A stretch of DNA of 64,000 nucleotides from Gemmatimonadota bacterium. GTDB taxonomy: Bacteria; Gemmatimonadota; Gemmatimonadetes; Gemmatimonadales; GWC2-71-9. The notes beneath the pieces are model-generated. The model ran no database searches. It had not been told where the DNA came from and saw nothing but the letters and a program-made list of their open reading frames with translations. Positions 38,118 through 45,208 of this stretch are shown piece after piece (the first letter of the stretch is position 1; each line of letters begins with the position of its first letter). Both the position numbers and the translations under genes were made by a program. The stretch covers positions 143 to 64,142 of the forward strand of contig JBGPPG010000004.1 in the NCBI GenBank assembly GCA_041488455.1, given 5' to 3'.

Positions 38118-38660
38118 TCATGCTCGACCTCTGATCAGGGCCACGGTGCTGGCCTGGGGCCCCTTGTCGCCCGGCTCCGCAGCGTACCGCACCTCGGCGC
38201 CCAGCTCCAGGCGGTCAAACGCGGCATCCAAGACACTGTGCCTGTCGAAGTAGATCTCGCAGCCGTTCGGTGTGGTGAGAAATCCGTAGCCCTCCCAGGG
38301 CAACAGGCGAGTCACGACAGCGCGCGGGGCAGTGTGGGTGAGCTTGATATCCCCACGCTGCTTCCGGATCCGGTCTTGCAGGCGCCGGGCAGCTGCCCTG
38401 AAAGCCTCCTGCGCAGCGGTGAGCAGGGTCTCGTCGGCCTGCCGCTTGATCACGATCTCGCTGCCGGGGACGGCGACGTCGATGCGGACGTTGTACCGGT
38501 TTCCCGTCTGGCGTCTCCGGCTCTGGAGCTCGAGCAGCACCCGGCAGCTCGTAATCCGGCTCGCGAACGATTCGAGCTTCGCAGCCGCGTTCCGGATCAT
38601 CTGCTCGTCGGCCGGCGACAGCTCGAAGTTGCGGGTGGCGATCTGCAACGGCAGTTCCAT
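38118..38660 (-). CDS. HPF/RaiA ribosome-hibernation domain fused to a cold-shock (CSD) domain
   Basis: N-terminal S30AE-like region (LQIATRNFELSPADEQMIRNAAAKLESF...IDVAVPG...AFRAAARRLQDRIRKQ). C-terminal CSD (EGYGFLTTPNGCEIYFDRHSV...GDKGPQASTV). Confidence 0.8.
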   Translation of the reverse strand: MELPLQIATRNFELSPADEQMIRNAAAKLESFASRITSCRVLLELQSRRRQTGNRYNVRIDVAVPGSEIVIKRQADETLLTAAQEAFRAAARRLQDRIRKQRGDIKLTHTAPRAVVTRLLPWEGYGFLTTPNGCEIYFDRHSVLDAAFDRLELGAEVRYAAEPGDKGPQASTVALIRGRA

Positions 38661-38745
38661 GGTTCCCTTGTATTCGCTCAATCCCGAGCGGAGGCCGCGC
38701 CCGGACGGGTGACCCCGATGCTCCAAGGCACCGGGGTCAGGTGCC

Positions 38746-39414
38746 TTACACGCCGATCTTGAGCTCGTCTTCCACGGCCGACACACCCGGCGCGGCCCAC
38801 GCGGCCCGCTCAGCTTCCTCCCGCTCCGCCCACGTCCGGACCCTACCGCGCAGCGTCACCCGTCCGTCGTGGGTCTCGACCTGCACGTTCCGAGCATCGA
38901 GCTCGGCGCTCCGCCGGAACGCCGCCTCGATGCGCGCTTTGACGTCGCCGGCCCAGACGCCAGGCTTGATGGTGATGAAGTTGTTCACGCCTTTCACGCC
39001 TGCCAGGTGGCTGGTTGCGCGTTCGGCTGCGGCGCGCTGAAATTGGAAAGTGACCTCTCCCTCCAGGGTCACGCGACCGTCCGAGATGCGGGCCTTGACC
39101 TTGTCGTGCGGCACCGCGACGTCCCATTCGAGGGCCTGCACCACAGCACGCGCGATGTCGGTGTCGGTCCGCTCGGCGCCGAAGGGCGGGTGAATCTCGA
39201 GTTCGCTGACCAGCGCCTTGACGCCAGTCACGCGTCTTGCCGCTCGCTCCGCGTTGAGCTTCTCGGCATAAGTGGGGACGGTGCCGGTCAGCGTCACGAC
39301 CCCATCGTTCGCGATGACCCCGATGTGGGCGGCATCCACGTTGGGCTCCCACTCGAGTTCGGCCAGCACTTGGCGCTTCAACTCCAGTTCCTTCTTCTCC
39401 AGTTCGCTCTTCAT
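38746..39414 (-). CDS. Triple BON-domain protein (OsmY-like)
   Basis: Three repeats of the G(V/R)VTL(T/E/R)G...ERAA...GV pattern. AGGAGGG RBS. Confidence 0.85.
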   Translation of the reverse strand: MKSELEKKELELKRQVLAELEWEPNVDAAHIGVIANDGVVTLTGTVPTYAEKLNAERAARRVTGVKALVSELEIHPPFGAERTDTDIARAVVQALEWDVAVPHDKVKARISDGRVTLEGEVTFQFQRAAAERATSHLAGVKGVNNFITIKPGVWAGDVKARIEAAFRRSAELDARNVQVETHDGRVTLRGRVRTWAEREEAERAAWAAPGVSAVEDELKIGV

Positions 39415-39555
39415 ACATCCCTCCTGATCGGGCCCTGCTCGGCGACTGCGATGACGAGCTCCTTCCGGAGCGTGCCTCCAATGCAGCACCAGTCTACGAT
39501 GGCGGCTGTGAAGCAGCGATGAAGCCGGCGCGAAGTTTCTTTCGGGCGCGCCGCG

Positions 39556-39809
39556 TCACTCCGTCCCTTCGCTTGCCCGGGTGCGGTCGGGCTCTTGCTC
39601 GGGCTCCAGGTCGTACTCGGTGATGAGGCCATGCCGATAGGCATACTCGCGGAGCTCAGTGGCGTCGAGCCGGCGAAGCAGATCACCCACCGACCGGAGC
39701 CCTGCCTCCTGCCCGTCGGTACTGAAGGTCCGATCCAGCTGCTCGAGCAACAGCCGCACCAGGTGCTCCTTGGCAACCACCGCGGATTCTGCGGGCTTCG
39801 TGGGTTTCA
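39556..39809 (-). CDS. Hypothetical 84-aa acidic protein
   Basis: ORF with a GAGGAG RBS 5 nt upstream. No family recognised. Confidence 0.5.
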
Positions 39810-40015
39810 TTGCGCTCCTCGGATGTTCAAGTCGAGTGGAGTGGCCCGCCACCTGCGGCGGCCGGCAACAACAAGGCGACCCGCCTCGCCGAGTGGTGCT
39901 CGGAGTGCGGGCCGCCCTACGCGCTGGCCACCGGGAGTCACAGAATCTCTTCTCTATTCTTCTCCTCTTGGCGCCTGTTGCACGGCACGCCGCGGCGCAA
40001 GCTAAGCGTTGCGAC

Positions 40016-40042
40016 TGAAGAGGCCATGAAAGGGAGATGAAA
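40016..40042 (-). promoter_or_regulatory. Phased TTCA array (3 units) upstream of the small-ORF/BON/HPF/dodecin/USP gene string
   Basis: The plus strand reads TGAAG (40016), TGAAA (40027) and TGAAA (40038), exactly 11 nt apart. Confidence 0.45.
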
Positions 40043-40070
40043 CCTCTGTCACGATGCCCCATCGCATTCA

Positions 40071-41339
40071 TCACCGGAATCGGAGGAACGCAGCGAGCTG
40101 GTCCACGGCCGCTGCCGGGCCGGACTCGGGGAGCGTGACGACCTGGAGCCGCTGCCGCAGAGCGTCCTCCACCGCTTCGGCCACCGGATCCAGAACCGGC
40201 GTCGGCTCGCCTTCGCCTCGACACTCCGTCTTCGTCAGGACCAGCCGACCTGTGGCGGAGCAGCGGAACCCATCGATCGCGGCATCCTCTCGGACGAGCA
40301 AGGTCCGCACCTGCCCGCGCGCGAGCGCACGGAGCGTCTCGCGGGGTCCGTTGACGGCCCACTTGCGCCCCATCGCTTCGCCCAGCGCGACCACCAGCGC
40401 GGACGCCTGGGCCTGGTCGTGCTCCGCGGCGGCGGCGAACGCGGCGCCGTGCACCTGAGCCGGTGTAGCGGCAGTGGGGTTGAGCCTGGCGGCGCCGAGG
40501 ATGCACCGAGCGAGCCCGGGCGGCACGAACTGCGCAAGCGCCGCAGTTTCCTTGTGCGGCCCGGCCAGGAGAATGCCCCGGGCCGGGTAAGCCCGCATCA
40601 ACGCTTCCAGGTGCCGGGCGATCGCCTCGAGATGCCGATGTCGCTCCTCGCGGATCCGACCGTGGTAGAGGCGCTCCCCCCATCCCGGCGAATCGCGGCG
40701 GTCGGGGTAGAACTTGCCGCCCCGACGGCTCGTCTCCACCAATCCGGTCAGCTCCGTCGCACCGAACGCGGTCGCGCTGAAGAACCGGGCATGGCTTCGA
40801 TCGAAGACCGCGGCAAGCAGGGTGCCGAAGTCTTGCTCGGCCGAAATCAGCTCGCGAAGCCAGGGCGTGTCGTCCACCACCACGCGAGTGCGATGTACCC
40901 GGGGCAGGGGAATCACCTCGAACAGGCTGAGCCCCTCGCTGGCGAAGATGGCCAGGCCGCGCGCGGCCGGCAGGGTACGGGCGTCGGCCAGGTAGTCGGC
41001 GATGCGCCTGAAGTCGCCCGCGGCTGCCTGCTCCCAGGCGGCCGCGCTGCGCTGTTTGACCTCGGTCAGGTATCTCTGGCGCCTGCGGTCCTCGGGTGCG
41101 AGCCGGAGGTAGCAGCTGACCACACGATGTGGCCCGGGCTCGATCGCCACAAGCCGATCGAGCACGGAGGCGGCGGTGCGGCCGGCTTTCGGCGCGGTCC
41201 GAGTCGGAGAAGGCGCCTCAGCACGGGGAGTAGTGGTGACCACGTAGCTCTCCTGCATGTCGGAGCTTCCAAGCTGGCGAGCCGCGATGAAGAGCGGCTG
41301 AAGCGGCACCCAAGAGACCTTCATGATCCTCTCAGGCAC
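40071..41339 (-). CDS. eRF1/Pelota-like (bacterial eRF1-paralog) protein
   Basis: Central region LLAAVFDRSHARFF...SRRGGKFYPDRR...RIREERHRHLEAIARHL aligns by eye with the eRF1 M-domain around GGQ. C-terminal AVNGPRETLRALARGQVRTLLV resembles eRF1/Pelota domain 3. The start is uncertain. Confidence 0.6.
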   Translation of the reverse strand: MPERIMKVSWVPLQPLFIAARQLGSSDMQESYVVTTTPRAEAPSPTRTAPKAGRTAASVLDRLVAIEPGPHRVVSCYLRLAPEDRRRQRYLTEVKQRSAAAWEQAAAGDFRRIADYLADARTLPAARGLAIFASEGLSLFEVIPLPRVHRTRVVVDDTPWLRELISAEQDFGTLLAAVFDRSHARFFSATAFGATELTGLVETSRRGGKFYPDRRDSPGWGERLYHGRIREERHRHLEAIARHLEALMRAYPARGILLAGPHKETAALAQFVPPGLARCILGAARLNPTAATPAQVHGAAFAAAAEHDQAQASALVVALGEAMGRKWAVNGPRETLRALARGQVRTLLVREDAAIDGFRCSATGRLVLTKTECRGEGEPTPVLDPVAEAVEDALRQRLQVVTLPESGPAAAVDQLAAFLRFR

Positions 41340-41452
41340 AATGACGACTGTTGGCTCCTCGCGTGGCGTCGCTCAGGCTCGCCTCGCTCCCAACCTGGCC
41401 GATTACGGGCAGGCACGCGCGGCCTTTTCCGGTGCGACATCGGGCTAGGGCG

Positions 41453-41890
41453 CTACATAGGCACGCGGGGGTTTTGCTTCTCGACCAGGTGACCGATGGA
41501 GTGCGCATCCAGGCTGAGCAGATCCAGAACGTCGTCCAGACTGAGAATCCCGACCATCGGGTGGTCCTTGCCCGTCACGATCAGCCGCCGGGTCCCGGCG
41601 ACCGCCATCTTCGAAACCGCATCTTCGATCGCTGCGTCCTCACCCACCGTCTGCACCGGCGTGCTCATCACTTTCGTGACGGGCATTATATCTGGGTCGC
41701 CGTCCCTCGCGACGCAGCGGATCACGATGTCCCGATCCGTGAGGATACCGATCGCGTGGCTCCCTGCATCAGGCTCGACGACGACGACGGTTCCGACATC
41801 ATGCTCCGCCATGCGCCGCGCCGCCGCTCTCACGCTCTCCGAGGGCAACGCCGTCACGACGGCCCGACTGCACAAGCCTCCTGCCGTCAT
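41453..41890 (-). CDS. CBS-pair domain protein
   Basis: Two CBS repeats (GTVVVVEPDAGSHAIGILTDRDIV and RLIVTGKDHPMVGILSLDDVL). The ATG overlaps the upstream stop (ATGA). Confidence 0.85.
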   Translation of the reverse strand: MTAGGLCSRAVVTALPSESVRAAARRMAEHDVGTVVVVEPDAGSHAIGILTDRDIVIRCVARDGDPDIMPVTKVMSTPVQTVGEDAAIEDAVSKMAVAGTRRLIVTGKDHPMVGILSLDDVLDLLSLDAHSIGHLVEKQNPRVPM

Positions 41891-42618
41891 TGCTGCCTCC
41901 CCGCGGATTCGCCGACTGCCACCCGCAGATAGCGCTCGAACCAAGCGCGCGCCAGCTCCGCGACCCGATCGAGCGTACCGGGCTCCTCGAAGAGGTGCCC
42001 AGCGCCCGGGACGATCACGAGTTGCTTCGCGCCCACCTGGAGGTGGGCGAGCGCGGTTCGATTCATCTCGATGACCGGCGTATCGTATCCCCCGACGATG
42101 AGGAGCGTCGGCGCCTTCACCCGGGGGAGGTACGGCCCCGCGAGGTCGGGGCGGCCGCCGCGGGAGACGACCGCGTGAACCGACTGCGGCCGGAGCGCGG
42201 CGGCGACCAGTGCCGCTCCCCCCCCGGTGCTGGCTCCGAAATAGCCTACCGGCAGCCGGCGCAGCTCCGGCCGGGACGCTACCCAGTCAGTGGCCTGAGC
42301 CAGCCGCTCCGCCAACAGGGCGATGTCGAAACGCAGCTCGGCCGTGACCGCGTCGCGCCGCTCTTCCTCCAGAGTGAGAAGGTCGAACAGCAGCGTCGCG
42401 AAGCCCCCCTCCTGGAGCTGCCCGGCGACCCGACGATTCCTCGGACTCTGCCGGCTGCTTCCACTCCCGTGCGCAAAGACGACCATGCCACGCGGCACGG
42501 CCGGCACGACGAGATCGCCGTCAAGCGCTACGCTGCCCGCGCGGATCCGCACCGACCAGGCTTGGGGATAAGGGGTTTGCGACAACCTAGTCTCCTGCTG
42601 TCTGCCCCGGGCGCTCAC
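41887..42618 (-). CDS. Dienelactone-hydrolase-like alpha/beta hydrolase
   Basis: VVFAHGSGSSRQSPRN, nucleophile elbow GASTGGGAAL and a C-terminal GAGHLFEEPG. Confidence 0.8.
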   Translation of the reverse strand: MSARGRQQETRLSQTPYPQAWSVRIRAGSVALDGDLVVPAVPRGMVVFAHGSGSSRQSPRNRRVAGQLQEGGFATLLFDLLTLEEERRDAVTAELRFDIALLAERLAQATDWVASRPELRRLPVGYFGASTGGGAALVAAALRPQSVHAVVSRGGRPDLAGPYLPRVKAPTLLIVGGYDTPVIEMNRTALAHLQVGAKQLVIVPGAGHLFEEPGTLDRVAELARAWFERYLRVAVGESAGRQQ

Positions 42619-43970
42619 AGCGCCGACGGGTAGGTCTCGAGCAATTCGGGTTCGCCGCGCTCCCAGAGGGGCGTGCGCTCCAGCGGCTCCACCGCGCGCG
42701 TATGGTCATAGTGGAACACGGCATCGAACTGGTGCGGGAGCCGGGCGCCGAAATAGTGGCTCGGACGCTCGGTCTCCGGACGGTAGATCACGCCGATTGC
42801 ACGCTCTAGCCGCGGCTGCTCGAGGGCGGCAATGGCATCGCCGGGAGAGCGTAGATCGAGGAAGAAGTTGCCCAGTCCGCACTCGTGAAACAACGCTTCG
42901 TAACTCTCGGGCAGCGCCGGCCGAACCATCTTTCGCTCGGCGTCGGCGTTCCAATCGGATGCGGCCGTCACCGTGCCGGTGTAGGTCGTGAACCCGACCA
43001 GGATGGCCGCGCGCCCATAGCGCTCGCGGATCAGCTGCCCGACGTTGAGCTCGCCGCGCCGGGAGCCCATTTCCGTCGCCCGGGCGTCGCCCAGGTGTGA
43101 GTTGTGGGCCCAGACCACGATCTTTGCGCGTCGCGGGTCCGCCTCGAGGAAGGCACTCAGGGCGCCAAGCGTCTCGGCCATGTGCTGATCGCGGAGGTTC
43201 CAGGAGGCCGCATGATCCTCGAACATGGCCCGGTAGTACCGCTCGGCGTTCGCGACGACTTTGGCGTTCTGCTCTGCGAAGAAGAGATCGTCGGGAGCCA
43301 GGCGGCCGTCCCGCTTGGCGTACTCGGCGGCTGCGGCCCGGAGCTCGACCAGCTGGCTGATGACCGCAGTCTCGCATGAGGGGGCGAGCCTGAGCTTGGT
43401 GGTGTAGCCGTACACTTGCGGGTCGCCGCCGAAGCTCTCGAAGCAGGCGTACCGGTGCGCTGCCCTCACCGCCGCCTCGGGGTCCACCACCTTCAGATAG
43501 TCGACCACCGCGTGCATGGAGGCGTGCAGGCTGTACAGGTCGAGGCCGTAGAAGCCGGCCTTGGCAGGGTCGGCGTCCCGGTCGTCGTTGTGCTCGCGCA
43601 GCCATCCGACGAAGTCGAGGACGTCGGCGTTGCGCCACATCCACTGGGGGAACCGCGCGAAGCCGCTCAGGGCGTCCGCAGCGTCGGCGTCCTTCGAGCG
43701 GCCGCGCACGTAGCGGTTCACCCGGTAGGCGTCGGGCCAGTCGGCCTCGACCGCGACGGCGCTGAAGCCCCTCTCGCGGATGAGCCGTTTGGTGATCTCG
43801 GCGCGCACCCGATAGAAGTCATGGGTGCCGTGCGACGCCTCGCCCAGCAGCACGAGCCGCGCATCGCCCACGGCGGCGAGCAGTGGGTCGAAGTCGGCGG
43901 GCGTGCCGTGCAGCCGATGGGCCGCGTCCCGAACCGCGGCGACGACCAGACGGTCAGCGCCGGGCGGCAT
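42615..43970 (-). CDS. Erythromycin-esterase-family protein
   Basis: LLGEASHGTHDFYRVRAEITKRLIRERGFSAVAVEADWPDAYRVNRYV signature. Confidence 0.85.
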   Translation of the reverse strand: MPPGADRLVVAAVRDAAHRLHGTPADFDPLLAAVGDARLVLLGEASHGTHDFYRVRAEITKRLIRERGFSAVAVEADWPDAYRVNRYVRGRSKDADAADALSGFARFPQWMWRNADVLDFVGWLREHNDDRDADPAKAGFYGLDLYSLHASMHAVVDYLKVVDPEAAVRAAHRYACFESFGGDPQVYGYTTKLRLAPSCETAVISQLVELRAAAAEYAKRDGRLAPDDLFFAEQNAKVVANAERYYRAMFEDHAASWNLRDQHMAETLGALSAFLEADPRRAKIVVWAHNSHLGDARATEMGSRRGELNVGQLIRERYGRAAILVGFTTYTGTVTAASDWNADAERKMVRPALPESYEALFHECGLGNFFLDLRSPGDAIAALEQPRLERAIGVIYRPETERPSHYFGARLPHQFDAVFHYDHTRAVEPLERTPLWERGEPELLETYPSAL

Positions 43971-44664
43971 GGCGCTTTTCCCTGTTCGCCAGCACCTCTG
44001 CGCCTTCAGCCGGCGCGGGCACGGCCGTGGCGTGCCGGAGCAGCGTGCGGACCTCCTCGTCGGTCGTCTGGGAGAAGTCGTGGTACCACATGCCCACGGC
44101 CTGAAACGCCTCCGGGATGGCCACGGCTTCGCACCGATCGGCCGCCCGCGACAGCATGTGCCAGGCGCTCTCCGACATCACCGGTGCGGCGGCGATGATC
44201 GCGCCGGGCCCATGCTGCCGCAGCGCGTGGATGGCTGCCAGCATGGTGGCGCCGGTTGCCACCCCATCGTCGATCAAGATCACCGTCTTCCCCCGCAGAT
44301 CGGGGAAGGGGCGGCCGACGCGATAGTCACGCTCGCGGCGCTCCAGCTCGATCTGCTCGGACGCTGCGACCGAGTCGGCCACCTCGCGGGGAATGTTGAG
44401 GCGCCGAAGCACGTCCTGGCTCTGGACGCGAATGCCGCCGCTGGCGATCGCTCCCATGGCGAACTCCGGATGGCCCGGCACGCCAAGCTTACGCACGACG
44501 AAAACGTCCAGCGGGGCGCCGAGCGCCGTCGCCACCTCGGCGGCGACCGGTACTCCTCCACGGGGAAGGCCGAGCACGACCAGATCGGTCCGTCCAGTGA
44601 AGGTGGACAGTCGGCTGGCGAGCTGGCGTCCGGCGTCGTGGCGATCGGAAAAGGGAAGCGTCAT
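43954..44664 (-). CDS. Phosphoribosyltransferase-domain protein
   Basis: FSDRHDAGRQLASRL, LGLPRGGVPVAAEVA and PRPP loop VILIDDGVATGATM. Confidence 0.85.
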   Translation of the reverse strand: MTLPFSDRHDAGRQLASRLSTFTGRTDLVVLGLPRGGVPVAAEVATALGAPLDVFVVRKLGVPGHPEFAMGAIASGGIRVQSQDVLRRLNIPREVADSVAASEQIELERRERDYRVGRPFPDLRGKTVILIDDGVATGATMLAAIHALRQHGPGAIIAAAPVMSESAWHMLSRAADRCEAVAIPEAFQAVGMWYHDFSQTTDEEVRTLLRHATAVPAPAEGAEVLANREKRHAARR

Positions 44665-44674
44665 GGCTTTACCA

Positions 44675-45139
44675 CTAAAGGTCCGTCAGGGCACGGCATT
44701 GATCGGCGGCACTGCTCCCCGATCTGTTGGCTGCTCCCCGAAATGATGGCACGTCGAGGATGAAGCAAGCATGAGAAAAGGCGGAAACGCCTTTAGAGGG
44801 CCGGCGCGCCAGGGTGTCGAGCAGCATGGCATCGTAATCGCCGGGCTCCAGGCCGTACTTTCCCGCCGCGCGCAATTCGTCGATCGCGGCGAATCCCGCT
44901 CGCGAGAGTTGCGACCCGTCGTGCCAGATCAAGGTGTCGGGCGGAGCACCATAGAGCCGGGACACGTCCGTCACGTAGCGGCCGAAGTCGGGCCACCGTG
45001 CCTATGGATGTCGCGCGGTCGCGATGAGCGTCCGGACCGAGACAGCGGCGCTATCTTGGGCACCGGCGGCAACCGGCGTCACCCACCCGAGCGCAAGGAT
45101 GGCTGCCAGCAGGCGAAGCGATCGTGAGAATCTCTTCAG
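44675..45139 (-). pseudogene. Remnant of a YcbB-like L,D-transpeptidase N-terminus (in-frame TAG, truncated)
   Basis: Signal peptide KRFSRSLRLLAAILALGWVTPVAAGAQ...ARHP, then TAG (45002-45004), then in the same frame ARWPDFGRYVTDVSRLYG...AGKYGLEPGDYD. No catalytic domain follows. There is no ATG or GTG at the N-terminus (CTG). Confidence 0.5.
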
Positions 45140-45208
45140 CCGCGCGGCAGCTGTCCCACATCCGCTATATCGTTCCGGAACCGGAGACAAACCCGAGCCA
45201 TACCGGCA

